Below are positions 21,890-37,498 of a stretch of 64,000 bases of DNA, piece by piece. The notes under the pieces are model-generated. The model made no database searches. It saw only the letters and a program-made list of their open reading frames with translations, and was not told the origin of the DNA. Made by a program: the position numbers and the translations under genes. The first letter of the stretch is position 1, and each line of letters begins with the position of its first letter. This DNA comes from Leptogorgia sarmentosa. Taxonomy: Eukaryota. The stretch is from contig OZ210885.1 of the NCBI GenBank assembly GCA_964658305.1, positions 25,792,001 to 25,856,000 on the forward strand, read 5' to 3'.

Positions 21890-22516
21890 TCAACAAAATC
21901 ACTTTTCTTTAAAATATAGTTTTACAAAATTATGAACAATGAATTTTTCCTGTTATGCAATGTGTCTGTTATAAATAAACACCCCATACTTGTTTTGTGT
22001 GCTCATACACATTCATCACAGTATTGGCAATATTTGTCAATATAGCAAAGTACCCTCAAAACAAGTAGCTTGCAAAAAACAGTAAATGAACAATCACTTT
22101 ATTTTCCTCAGATTAACATGTTTAAAGATATTGTACATAAAGTTAATAAACGATTTTAAAAAATATGCCAGACATTATTTCAGTTCAAATTGATTTCAGA
22201 GACAACAAAGACTACTCGTGTTTTTTGAGCCACTGTATTATGTCACTGCACAAGTTCATGTTGTCCTCACACGTTTTTATGATATATCATTACACACATT
22301 TTTTGCTGTTTTTCTTTTAATGTAAATACTCATTTCTATATTTCTAAACGTACATACCAATGAAATGGCGAAAGATAACACACATATTTTTTTGTTGTTT
22401 TTTAATATTTGTCAACTGCCCTTTTCCAGTTGAACATAACGGCTTTTTGCTACCGTATTCTAACGAATTGTCAATTTCATACACAGACTTTAACCTCCTA
22501 GAACAGTCTGCCTTTT

Positions 22517-22996
22517 TTAAATTTTTATTAATTTTCGACAAATACATATACGTTTTCCAATAATAGCTATAATAATAGTAATAATATCTACCTCGTCATT
22601 CGGCTCTAACAAAGATCTTACTGCCTGTTTGACCTCTTCAGCAGTGGCAGTCGAGTTATCTTTCGTATTCTTCTTGGCAAGACTATTATTGATTTTTCTC
22701 ACGGTCTTTTTTAATGAACTTAATTGCTTTGCGTCTAATAATGGATTGTCCATCGTTTCAAGGGCATTAATGGTTTCCGATACAGTTTCGGCAAATTCGG
22801 AAAAGGCTACCTTTGGCCATTTTAAAAACTCACAACATGAAGGTATGAGCCTACGGAATATTGTGGAATCTTCAAGGCCTGTGGTTGTTGCACCATAAGA
22901 ACGCAGGTAATTTTTAGGAAAATGGTCGAAATAACCAACTCCCTCTCCTTTCGTTTTGCTGCCACTTGCAACACGTTTACTAGAGCGATGTGCCAT
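22517..22996 (-). CDS. Unknown protein of the element, copy 2
   Basis: Translation identical to copy 1. Confidence 0.55.
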   Translation of the reverse strand: MAHRSSKRVASGSKTKGEGVGYFDHFPKNYLRSYGATTTGLEDSTIFRRLIPSCCEFLKWPKVAFSEFAETVSETINALETMDNPLLDAKQLSSLKKTVRKINNSLAKKNTKDNSTATAEEVKQAVRSLLEPNDEVDIITIIIAIIGKRICICRKLIKI

Positions 22997-23809
22997 CGTC
23001 AAAATTATATAAAACGACTACACTAACGATTAAAATCTTTTCCTATTCTTATTCCACTACTACCAATTGATCACCAATTGTAAATAATTGTAAACAACGT
23101 AATTAAAAACTAAATACAGTAATTCCAGGAACACCAATTGTTAATAACTTTACCACATACTATGAGTCAGTGAAAAATTCAAAAATACTATAGTAATTTG
23201 TGTAAAAAATGTAAAAATCCTAATAACTCTTAATCCTAACACCAATATTAAAATTTCAACTCCTATTCACTGTAATATAACAAATGGTCATCATGTACAT
23301 GTGAATAGGCCATTTTATACCATTGAATTGGATCAAAATCTTTCCCATTTCATTGGACAAAGTAAAACAAAGGAAATGAACGACTATTGGTGGAAAACCG
23401 GGCATAATGATTGGCTGGAAATTTAACAGATGTGATTAGCTATCAATTAACCCAAACATTTCAAGGTCGTAATCGACGTATATATGATAATACATGAAGT
23501 ATACTGGGCATTTACAGTCCTTTACATTACCGTTCATAAACAGGAGGATGTTCAATATTTGAAAGTGAATAACACAACCGGAATTGAACCGAACGAGCTA
23601 AAATTTCGCATTTGTGGATGATTTCATCACCTCTATCTGCTCACACAAAACTAAACATAAATAAAAAAATTTCAGAAAAGTTATTATTATTAACATTATA
23701 TAGAAGCCAAGTCAGGCATGAGTGACTCTTCCTTTCTAGCCACGATTTTATCTTTAGTAAATGACAGGCCTGGGTAAACACTTTACCCAAGGACATTCTG
23801 AAATGTGGA

Positions 23810-23848
23810 ATAACTGGCTTGTGGCAGCCAAGCGTTCATAGCGACGTT

Positions 23849-23886
<38 letters not shown>

Positions 23887-23928
23887 CGAAGCAGAATTCG
23901 CCAAGCGTCGGATTGTTCACCCGCCAAT

Positions 23929-23983
<55 letters not shown>

Positions 23984-24332
23984 TTGAATGGTTGTTGCAA
24001 TAGTAATTCTGCTCAGTACGAGAGGAACCGCAGATTCAGACAATTGGCTCATGCACTTGCCTGAAAAGACACTGGTGCGAAGCTACCATCTGTTGGATTA
24101 TGATTGAACGCCTCTAAATCAGAATCCGTGCTAGAACGCAACGTCGTGCCTCCTGTGTCACAACGTGCCCACGGTGCGGACTACGCACCACGGGTACTGC
24201 AATGATCAAATTCTAAATTTTCCGGAGCTAAATCCTTTGCAAACGACTTATATAAAGAACGTGGTATTGTAAGTAGTAGAGTAGCCTTGTCGCTACGATC
24301 TACTGAGATTAAGCCCTTGTTCTACGATTTGT
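23810..24332 (+). rRNA. 28S rRNA 3' end (unit 2) with a 49-bp deletion relative to unit 1
   Basis: Matches 11262-11833 except that ATTCCTTTCT...CACGACTTG is missing after 24143. Confidence 0.95.
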
Positions 24333-24920
24333 CCTTCTTTTTTTCTTTTACCTTCGAGCAAACATCCTCCTCCTCCTCCGAGACCCGCTTCAGTGGAACG
24401 TGAACCCGACCGGCGCCAATGTTCGGTGAAATGAGTGCGTTTCTGAGATGGTCCTCGCGTGCGGCCGACGACGTGCGGCAAGCACCGTAGGAGCTGATGT
24501 GCGAATAGGCGACGTGTCTCATTCGGCGAGGTAGAAGAGGGGTCGGCTGCGTTTGCTCGCGAACGACGGCTCTGCTTCTCTTTTGCCACCACCGATTGAG
24601 TGTGTGTGTGTGTGTGTGTGTGTACATGTACATGTACAAACGTGTGGTGTGTAGTGTTGTGTACCACGTCCCTTGGACAAGGTTAGCATCGAGTTGAGTT
24701 TGTGAAGTTGAGTGGGTTCTTGAACGGTTCGACTACGAAGGTGCACGCGATGTATACGCAAGAAGGCGAAGGCGAGATTGCGCCGCCGTCATGGTTGTGC
24801 GGCGTGCAAAGAGCAGGATAAGAGACGTGGCAAAGAATCGAAACGACTTTCTAACGCACACGAACGCTCGAGCGGAGTACGCATGCTTGCGTGCTTTGCG
24901 TCGTCCTAGTAGTTTGTAGT
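24333..24920 (+). other. Short 28S-to-18S spacer, copy 2
   Basis: Paralogous to 11834-12425. Confidence 0.85.
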
Positions 24921-25246
24921 TAACTGGTTGATTCTGCCAGTATCATATGCTTGTCTCAAAGGCTAAGCCATGCATGTCTAAGTATAAGCACTTGTACTGT
25001 GAAACTGCGAATGCCTCATTAAATCAGTTATCGTTTATTTGATTGTACTGTCTTACTACTTGGATAACCGTAGCAATTCTAGAGCTAATACATGCGAAAT
25101 GTCCCGACTCTCGTGGAAGATATGTATTTATTAGATTAAAAAGCAATGCGGCTTAACGGCCGCTTACCCATTTGGTGATTCATAGTAACTCTTCGAATCG
25201 AATGGCCTTCTCTGTTCGTGCCTGCGATGTTTCATTCAAATTTCTG
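24921..25246 (+). pseudogene. 18S rRNA 5' fragment truncated by satellite
   Basis: 18S start through TTCAAATTTCTG, followed directly by satellite. Confidence 0.95.
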
Positions 25247-28200
25247 TTAATCAATATCGTTAATCACAATCATGATCGTTAATCATGTTCTTTAATCATC
25301 ATCGCTAATCATGATCGTTAATCATAATCCTGATCGTTAATCATAATCATGATCGTTAATCATAATCACGTTCGTGAATCTTAATCATGATCGTTAATCA
25401 TGATATTTAATCATAATCATGATCGTTAATATGATCGTTAATCATGATCGTTAATCATAATCATGTTCGTTAATCATAATTATGATCGTCAACATGATCG
25501 TTAATCAAATTCATGATCGTCAATCATAATCATGATCGTTAATATGATTGTCAATTATGATCGTTAATCATAATCATGATCGTTAATCACAATCATGATC
25601 GTTAGTCATGATCGTTAATCATAATCATGACCGTTAATAATAATCATTATCGTCAATCATAATCATGATCGTTAATCATGATCGTTAATCAGGATCGTTG
25701 ATCATGATCGTTAGTCATGATCGTAAAGTTATAATGATGATCGTCAATCATAATCCCGATCGTTAATCATCATCATGATCATTAATCAAAATCATGATCG
25801 TTAATCATAATTATGATCGTTAATCGTGATCGTTGATCATTATCGTTAATCATAATCATGATCGTTAATCATATTCATGATCGTTAATCATAATCATGAT
25901 CGTTAATATTAATCATGATCCTTTATTATAATCATGATTGCTAATCGTGATCGTTAATCATAATCATGATCGTTAGTGATAATCATGATCGCTAATCATA
26001 ATCATGGCGGTTAATCATAATCATGTTCGTTAATCATAATCATGATCGTTAATCATAATCATGTTCGTTAATCATAATCATGATCGTCAATCATGATCGT
26101 CAATCATAATCATGATCGTTAATCATCTTCATGATCGTTAATCATAATCATGATCGTCAATCATAATCATGACCGCTAATCATAATCATGATCGTTAATC
26201 ATGGTCATGATCGTTAATCATAATCATGATCGTAAATCGAATTCCTGATAGTCAATCATCATCCTCAATCATAATCATCATCGTTAATCGTAATCATGAT
26301 CGTTAATCATAATCATGATCGTTAATCATATTCATGATCGTTAATCATAATCGTGATCGTTAATCATAATCATGATCGTTAATCATAAACATGATCGTTA
26401 ATCATTATCATGACCGCTAATCATAATCACGAACGTTAATCATAATCATGATCGTTAATCATAATCGTGATCGTTAATCATGATCATGATCGTTAATCAT
26501 CATCGTTAATCATCATCGTTAATCGTAATCATGATCGTTAATCATAATCATGATCGTTAATCATATTCATGATCGTTAATCATAATCGTGATCGTTAATC
26601 ATAATCATAATCGTTAATCATAAACATGATCGTTAATCATTATCATGACCGCTAATCATAATCACGAACGTTAATCATAATCACGATCGTTAATCATAAT
26701 CATGATCGTTAATATTAATCATGATCCTTAATTATAATCATGATTGCTAATCGTGATCGTTAATCATAATCATGATCGTTAGTGATAATCATGATCGCTA
26801 ATCATAATCATGGCGGTTAATCATAATCATGTTCGTTAATCATAATCATGATCGTTAATCATAATCATGTTCGTTAATCATAATCATGATCGTCAATCAT
26901 GATCGTCAATCATAATCATGATCGTTAATCATCTTCATGATCGTTAATCATAATCATGATCGTCAATCATAATCATGACTGCTAATCATAATCATGATCG
27001 TTAATCATGGTCATGATCGTTAATCATAATCATGATCGTAAATCGAATTCCTGATAGTCAATCATCATCCTCAATCATAATCATCATCGTTAATCGTAAT
27101 CATGATCGTTAATCATAATCATGATCGTTAATCATATTCATGATCGTTAATCATAATCGTGATCGTTAATCATATTCATGATCGTTAATCATAATCATGA
27201 TCGTCAATCATAATCATGACCGCAAATCATAATCATGATAGTTAATCATAATCGTTAATCGTGATCGTTGATCATTATCGTTAATCATAATCATGATCGT
27301 TAATCATAATCGTGATCGTTAATCATGATCGTTAATCATGATGGTTAATAATAATCCTGATCGTTAATCATATTCATGATCGTTAATCATAATCATGATC
27401 GTTAATCATAATCGTGATCGTTAATCATGATGGTTAATCATGATCGTTAATCATAATCCTGATCGTTAATCATATTCATGATCGTTAATCATAATCATGA
27501 TCGACAATCATAAACATGACCGCTAATCATAATCATGATCGTTAATGATATTCATGATCGTTAATCATATTCATGAACGTTAATCATAATCATGATTGTC
27601 AATCATAATCATGACCGCTAATCATAATTATGATAATTAATCAAATTCATGATCGTCAATCATCATCGTTAATCATAATCATGATCGTTAATCATGGTCA
27701 TGATCGTTAATCATAATCATGATCGTAAATCGAATTCCTGATCGTCAATCATCATCGTTAATCATAATCATGATCGTTAATCGTAATCATGATCGTTAAT
27801 CATAATCATGATCGTTAATCATATTCATGATCGTTAATCACAATCATGATCGTTAATCATAATCATGATCGTTAATCACGATCATTAAACATAATCATGT
27901 TCGTTAATCATAATCATGATCGTTGATCTTAAAAATGATCGTTAAACACAATCATTATCGTTAATCATAATCATGATCGTTAATATTAATCATGATCCTT
28001 AATTATAATCATGATTGCAAATCGTGATCGTTAATCATAATCATGATCGTTAGTCATAATCATGATCGCTAATCATAATCATGGCGGTTAATCATAATCA
28101 TGTTCGTTAATCATAATCATGATCGTTAATCATAATCATGTTCGTTAATCATAATCATGATCGTCAATCATGATCGTTAATCATAATCATGATCGTTAAT

Positions 28201-31200
28201 CATATTCATGATAGTTAATCATAATCATGATCGTCAATCATAATCATGACCGCTAATCATAATCATGATCGTTAATCATATTCATGAACGTTAATCATAA
28301 TCATGATCGTCAATCATAATCATGACCGCTAATCATAATTATGATAATTAATCAAATTCATGATCGTCAATCATCATCGTTAATCATAATCATGATCGTT
28401 AATCATGGTCATGATCGTTAATCATGGTCATGATCGTTGATCATAATCATGATCGTAAATCGAATTCCTGATCGTCAATCATCATCGCTAATCATAATAA
28501 TGATCGTTAATCGTAATCATGATCGTTAATCATAATCATGATCGTTATTCATATTCATGATCGTTAATCACAATCATGATCGTTAATCATAATCATGATC
28601 GTTAATCACGATCATTAAACATAATCATGTTCGTTAATCATAATCATGATCGTTGATCTTAATCATGATCGTTAAACACAATCATTATCGTTAATCATAA
28701 TCATGATCGTTAATATTAATCATGATCCTTAATTATAATCATGATTGCTAATCGTGATCGCTAATCATAATCATGGCGGTTAATCATAATCATGTTCGTT
28801 AATCATAATCATGATCGTTAATCATAATCATGTTCGTTAATCATAATCATGATCGTCAATCATGATCGTCAATCATAATCATGATCGTTAATCATCTTCA
28901 TGATCGTTAATCATAATCATGATCGTCAATCATAATCATGACCGCTAATCATAATCATGATCATTAATCATGGTCATGATCGTTAATAATAATCATGATC
29001 GTAAATCGAATTTTTGATAGTCAATCATCATCCTCAATCATAATCATCATCGTTAATCGTAATCATGATCGTTAATCATAATCATGATCGTTAATCATAT
29101 TCATGATCGTTAATCATAATCGTGATCGTTAATCATAATCATGATCGTTAATCATAAACATGATCGTTAATCATCATGATCCTTTATTATAATCATGATT
29201 GCTAATCGTGATCGTTAATCATAATCATGATCGTTAGTGATAATCATGATCGCTAATCATAATCATGGCGGTTAATCATAATCATGTTCGTTAATCATAA
29301 TCATGATCGTTAATCATAATCATGTTCGTTAATCATAATCATGATCGTCAATCATGATCGTCAATCATAATCATGATCGTTAATCATCTTCATGATCGTT
29401 AATCATAATCATGATCGTCAATCATAATCATGACCGCTAATCATAATCATGATCGTTAATCATGGTCATAATCATAATCATGATCGTTAATCATAATCAT
29501 GATCGTTAATCATAATCATGATTGTTAATCATAATCATGACCGCTAATCATAATTATGATCCTCAATCATATTCGTGATCGTTAATCATAATCATGATCG
29601 TCAATCATAATCATGACCGCAAATCATAATCATGATAGTCAATCATAATCATGATCGTCAATCATGATCGTTAATCATATTCATGATCGTTAATCATAAT
29701 CATGATCGTCAATCATAATCATGACCGCTAATCATAATCATGATAGTCAATCATAATCATGATCGTCAATCATGATCGTTAATCATAATCATGATCGTCA
29801 ATCATGATTGTTAATCATGATCATGATCGTTAATCATATTCATGATCGTTAATCATAATCATGATCGACAATCATGGTCATGATCGTTAATCATGGTCAT
29901 GATCGTTAATCATAATCATGATCGTAAATCGAATTCCTGATCGTCAATCATCATCGCTAATCATAATAATGATCGTTAATCGTAATCATGATCGTTAGTG
30001 ATAATCATGATCGCTAATCATAATCATGGCGGTTAATCATAATCATGTTCGTTAATCATAATCATGATCGTTAATCATAATCATGTTCGTTAATCATAAT
30101 CATGATCGTCAATCATGATCGTCAATCATAATCATGATCGTTAATCATCTTCATGATCGTTAATCATAATCATGATCGTCAATCATAATCATGACCGCTA
30201 ATCATAATCATGATCGTTAATCATGGTCATGATCGTTAATCATAATCATGATCGTAAATCGAATTCCTGATAGTCAATCATCATCCTCAATCATAATCAT
30301 CATCGTTAATCGTAATCATGATCGTTAATCATAATCATGATCGTTAATCATATTCATGATCGTTAATCATAATCGTGATCGTTAATCATAATCATGATCG
30401 TTAATCATAAACATGATCGTTAATCATTATCATGACCGCTAATCATAATCACGAACGTTAATCATAATCATGATCGTTAATCATAATCGTGATCGTTAAT
30501 CATGATCATGATCGTTAATCATCATCGTTAATCATCATCGTTAATCGTAATCATGATCGTTAATCATAATCATGATCGTTAATCATATTCATGATCGTTA
30601 ATCATAATCGTGATCGTTAATCATAATCATAATCGTTAATCATAAACATGATCGTTAATCATTATCATGACCGCTAATCATAATCACGAACGTTAATCAT
30701 AATCACGATCGTTAATCATAATCATGATCGTTAATATTAATCATGATCCTTAATTATAATCATGATTGCTAATCGTGATCGTTAATCATAATCATGATCG
30801 TTAGTGATAATCATGATCGCTAATCATAATCATGGCGGTTAATCATAATCATGTTCGTTAATCATAATCATGATCGTTAATCATAATCATGTTCGTTAAT
30901 CATAATCATGATCGTCAATCATGATCGTCAATCATAATCATGATTGTTAATCATCTTCATGATCGTTAATCATAATCATGATCGTCAATCATAATCATGA
31001 CCGCTAATCATAATCATGATCGTTAATCATGGTCATGATCGTTAATCATAATCATGATCGTAAATCGAATTCCTGATAGTCAATCATCATCCTCAATCAT
31101 AATCATCATCGTTAATCGTAATCATGATCGTTAATCATAATCATGATCGTTAATCATATTCATGATCGTTAATCATAATCGTGATCGTTAATCATAATCA

Positions 31201-34200
31201 TGATCGTTAATCATAAACATGATCGTTAATCATTATCATGACCGCTAATCATAATCACGAACGTTAATCATAATCATGATCGTTAATCATAATCGTGATC
31301 GTTAATCATGATCATGATCGTTAATCATCATCGTTAATCATCATCGTTAATCGTAATCATGATCGTTAATCATAATCATGATCGTTAATCATATTCATGA
31401 TCGTTAATCATAATCGTGATCGTTAATCATAATCATGATCGTTAATCATAAACATGATCGTTAATCATTATCATGACCGCTAATCATAATCACGAACGTT
31501 AATCATAATCATGATCGTTAATCATAATCGTGATCGTTAATCATGATCATGATCGTTAATCATGATCGTTAATCATGATGGTTAATAATAATCATGATCG
31601 TTAATCATAATCATGATCGTTAATGATAACCATGATCGTCAAAGATAATCATGATCGTTAATCATAATCATGATCGTTAATCATATTCAGGATCGTTAAT
31701 CATAATGATGATCGTCAATCATAATCACAATCGTTAATCGTAATCATGATCGTTAATCATAATCATGATCGTTAATCATATTCATGATCGTTAATCATAA
31801 TCGTGATCGTTAATCATAATCATGATCGTTAATCATAATCATGATCGACAATCATAATCATGACCGCTAATCATAATCATGATCGTTAATCATGGTCATG
31901 ATCGTTAATCATGGTCATGATCGTTAATCATAATCATGATCGTAAATCGAATTCCTGATCGTCAATCATCATCGCTAATCATAATAATGATCGTTAATCG
32001 TAATCATGATCGTTAGTGATAATCATGATCGCTAATCATAATCATGGCGGTTAATCATAATCATGTTCGTTAATCATAATCATGATCGTTAATCATAATC
32101 ATGTTCGTTAATCATAATCATGATCGTCAATCATGATCGTCAATCATAATCATGATCGTTAATCATGTTCATGATCGTTAATCATAATCATGATCGTCAA
32201 TCATAATCATGACCGCTAATCATAATCATGATCGTTAATCATGGTCATGATCGTTAATCATAATCATGATCGTTATTCATATTCATGATCGTTAATAACA
32301 ATCATGATCGTTAATCATAATCATGATCGTTAATCACGATCATTAAACATAATCATGTTCGTTAATCATAATCATGACCGCTAATCATAATCATGATCGT
32401 TAATCATGGTCATAATCATAATCATGATCGTTAATCATAATCATGATCGTTAATCATAATCATGATTGTTAATCATAATCATGACCGCTAATCATAATTA
32501 TGATCCTCAATCATATTCGTGATCGTTAATCATAATCATGATCGTCAATCATAATCATGACCGCAAATCATAATCATGATAGTCAATCATAATCATGATC
32601 GTCAATCATGATCGTTAATCATATTCATGATCGTTAATCATAATCATGATCGTCAATCATAATCATGACCGCTAATCATAATCATGATAGTCAATCATAA
32701 TCATGATCGTCAATCATGATCGTTAATCATAATCATGATCGTCAATCATGATTGTTAATCATGATCATGATCGTTAATCATATTCATGATCGTTAATCAT
32801 AATCATGATCGACAATCATAATCATGACCGCTAATCATAATCATGATCGTTAATCATGGTCATGATCGTTAATCATGGTCATGATCGTTAATCATAATCA
32901 TGATCGTAAATCGAATTCCTGATCGTCAATCATCATCGCTAATCATAATAATGATCGTTAATCGTAATCATGATCGTTAGTGATAATCATGATCGCTAAT
33001 CATAATCATGGCGGTTAATCATAATCATGTTCGTTAATCATAATCATGATCGTTAATCATAATCATGTTCGTTAATCATAATCATGATCGTCAATCATGA
33101 TCGTCAATCATAATCATGATCGTTAATCATGTTCATGATCGTTAATCATAATCATGATCGTCAATCATAATCATGACCGCTAATCATAATCATGATCGTT
33201 AATCATGGTCATGATCGTTAATCATAATCATGATCGTTATTCATATTCATGATCGTTAATCACAATCATGATCGTTAATCATAATCATGATCGTTAATCA
33301 TAATCATGATCGACAATCATAATCATGACCGCTAATCATAATCATGATCGTTAATCATGGTCATGATCGTTAATCATGGTCATGATCGTTAATCATAATC
33401 ATGATCGTAAATCGAATTCCTGATCGTCAATCATCATCGCTAATCATAATAATGATCGTTAATCGTAATCATGATCGTTAGTGATAATCATGATCGCTAA
33501 TCATAATCATGGCGGTTAATCATAATCATGTTCGTTAATCATAATCATGATCGTTAATCATAATCATGTTCGTTAATCATAATCATGATCGTCAATCATG
33601 ATCGTCAATCATAATCATGATCGTTAATCATGTTCATGATCGTTAATCATAATCATGATCGTCAATCATAATCATGACCGCTAATCATAATCATGATCGT
33701 TAATCATGGTCATGATCGTTAATCATAATCATGATCGTTATTCATATTCATGATCGTTAATAACAATCATGATCGTTAATCATAATCATGATCGTTAATC
33801 ACGATCATTAAACATAATCATGTTCGTTAATCATAATCATGACCGCTAATCATAATCATGATCGTTAATCATGGTCATAATCATAATCATGATCGTTAAT
33901 CATAATCATGATCGTTAATCATAATCATGATTGTTAATCATAATCATGACCGCTAATCATAATTATGATCCTCAATCATATTCGTGATCGTTAATCATAA
34001 TCATGATCGTCAATCATAATCATGACCGCAAATCATAATCATGATAGTCAATCATAATCATGATCGTCAATCATGATCGTTAATCATATTCATGATCGTT
34101 AATCATAATCATGATCGTCAATCATAATCATGACCGCTAATCATAATCATGATAGTCAATCATAATCATGATCGTCAATCATGATCGTTAATCATAATCA

Positions 34201-37200
34201 TGATCGTCAATCATGATTGTTAATCATGATCATGATCGTTAATCATATTCATGATCGTTAATCATAATCATGATCGACAATCATAATCATGACCGCTAAT
34301 CATAATCATGATCGTTAATCATGGTCATGATCGTTAATCATGGTCATGATCGTTAATCATAATCATGATCGTAAATCGAATTCCTGATCGTCAATCATCA
34401 TCGCTAATCATAATAATGATCGTTAATCGTAATCATGATCGTTAGTGATAATCATGATCGCTAATCATAATCATGGCGGTTAATCATAATCATGTTCGTT
34501 AATCATAATCATGATCGTTAATCATAATCATGTTCGTTAATCATAATCATGATCGTCAATCATGATCGTCAATCATAATCATGATCGTTAATCATGTTCA
34601 TGATCGTTAATCATAATCATGATCGTCAATCATAATCATGACCGCTAATCATAATCATGATCGTTAATCATGGTCATGATCGTTAATCATAATCATGATC
34701 GTTATTCATATTCATGATCGTTAATCACAATCATGATCGTTAATCATAATCATGATCGTTAATCACGATCATTAAACATAATCATGTTCGTTAATCATAA
34801 TCATGATCGTTGATCTTAATCATGATCGTTAAACACAATCATTATCGTTAATCATAATCATGATCGTTAATATTAATCATGATCCTTTATTATAATCATG
34901 ATTGCTAATCGTGATCGTTAATCATAATCATGATCGTTAGTGATAATCATGATCGCTAATCATAATCATGGCGGTTAATCATAATCATGTTCGTTAATCA
35001 TAATCATGATCGTTAATCATAATCATGTTCGTTAATGATAATCATGATCGTCAATCATGATCGTCAATCATAATCATGATCGTTAATCATCTTCATGATC
35101 GTTAATCATAATCATGATCGTCAATCATAATCATGACCGCTAATCATAATCATGATCGTTAATCATGGTCATGATCGTTAATCATAATCATGATCGTAAA
35201 TCGAATTCCTGATAGTCAATCATCATCCTCAATCATAATCATCATCGTTAATCGTAATCATGATCGTTAATCATAATCATGATCGTTAATCATATTCATG
35301 ATCGTTAATCATAATCGTGATCGTTAATCATAATCATGATCGTTAATCATAAACATGATCGTTAATCATTATCATGACCGCTAATCATAATCACGAACGT
35401 TAATCATAATCATGATCGTTAATCATAATCGTGATCGTTAATCATGATCATGATCGTTAATCATCATCGTTAATCATCATCGTTAATCGTAATCATGATC
35501 GTTAATCATAATCATGATCGTTAATCATATTCATGATCGTTAATCATAATCGTGATCGTTAATCATAATCATAATCGTTAATCATAAACATGATCGTTAA
35601 TCATTATCATGACCGCTAATCATAATCACGAACGTTAATCATAATCACGATCGTTAATCATAATCATGATCGTTAATATTAATCATGATCCTTAATTATA
35701 ATCATGATTGCTAATCGTGATCGTTAATCATAATCATGATCGTTAGTGATAATCATGATCGCTAATCATAATCATGGCGGTTAATCATAATCATGTTCGT
35801 TAATTATAATCATGATCGTTAATCATAATCATGTTCGTTAATCATAATCATGATCGTCAATCATGATCGTCAATCATAATCATGATTGTTAATCATCTTC
35901 ATGATCGTTAATCATAATCATGATCGTCAATCATAATCATGACCGCTAATCATAATCATGATCGTTAATCATGGTCATGATCGTTAATCATAATCATGAT
36001 CGTAAATCGAATTCCTGATAGTCAATCATCATCCTCAATCATAATCATCATCGTTAATCGTAATCATGATCGTTAATCATAATCATGATCGTTAATCATA
36101 TTCATGATCGTTAATCATAATCGTGATCGTTAATCATAATCATGATCGTTAATCATAAACATGATCGTTAATCATTATCATGACCGCTAATCATAATCAC
36201 GAACGTTAATCATAATCATGATCGTTAATCATAATCGTGATCGTTAATCATGATCATGATCGTTAATCATCATCGTTAATCATCATCGTTAATCGTAATC
36301 ATGATCGTTAATCATAATCATGATCGTTAATCATATTCATGATCGTTAATCATAATCGTGATCGTTAATCATAATCATGATCGTTAATCATAAACATGAT
36401 CGTTAATCATTATCATGACCGCTAATCATAATCACGAACGTTAATCATAATCATGATCGTTAATCATAATCGTGATCGTTAATCATGATCATGATCGTTA
36501 ATCATGATCGTTAATCATGATGGTTAATAATAATCATGATCGTTAATCATAATCATGATCGTTAATGATAACCATGATCGTCAAAGATAATCATGATCGT
36601 TAATCATAATCATGATCGTTAATCATATTCAGGATCGTTAATCATAATGATGATCGTCAATCATAATCACAATCGTTAATCGTAATCATGATCGTTAATC
36701 ATAATCATGATCGTTAATCATATTCATGATCGTTAATCATAATCGTGATCGTTAATCATAATCATGATCGTTAATCATAATCATGATCGTTATTCATAAT
36801 CATGACCGCTAATCATAATTATGATCCTCAATCATATTCGTGATCGTTAATCATAATCATGATCGTCAATCATAATCATGACCGCAAATCATAATCATGA
36901 TAGTCAATCATAATCATGATCGTCAATCATGATCGTTAATCATATTCATGATCGTTAATCATAATCATGATCGTCAATCATAATCATGACCGCTAATCAT
37001 AATCATGATAGTCGATCATAATCATGATCGTCAATCATGATCGTTAATCATAATCATGATCGTCAATCATGATTGTTAATCATAATCATGATCGACAATC
37101 ATAATCATGACCGCTAATCATAATCATGATCGTTAATCATATTCATGATCGTTAATCATATTCATGAACGTTAATCATAATCATGATCGTCAATCATAAT

Positions 37201-37498
37201 CATGACCGCTTATCATAATTATAATAATTAATCAAATTCATGATCGTCAATCATCATCGTTAATCATAATCATGATCGTTAATCATGGTCATGATCGTTA
37301 ATCATAATCATGATCATAAATCGAATTCCTGATCGTCAATCATCATCGTTAATCATAATCATGATCGTTAATCGTAATCATGATCGTTAATCATAATCAT
37401 GATAGTTAATCATATTCATGATCGTTAATCATAATCATGATCGTTAATCATAATCATGATCGTTAATCACGATCATTAAACATAATCGATCATTAAAC
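25247..37498. repeat. Satellite array 1 (~12.3 kb), 19-bp unit AATCATAATCATGATCGTT with 13-bp AATCATGATCGTT variants
   Basis: Continuous tandem repeat, no ORFs, recurrent diagnostic variants. Confidence 0.98.

Larger units (their letters stand above)
17877..23809 (-). mobile_element. Helitron-like element copy 2, with a nested 18S+satellite insertion
   Basis: Same termini and same 28S position as copy 1 (ATAA at 17873-17876 and 23810-23813); near-identical ORF remnants. Confidence 0.8.
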
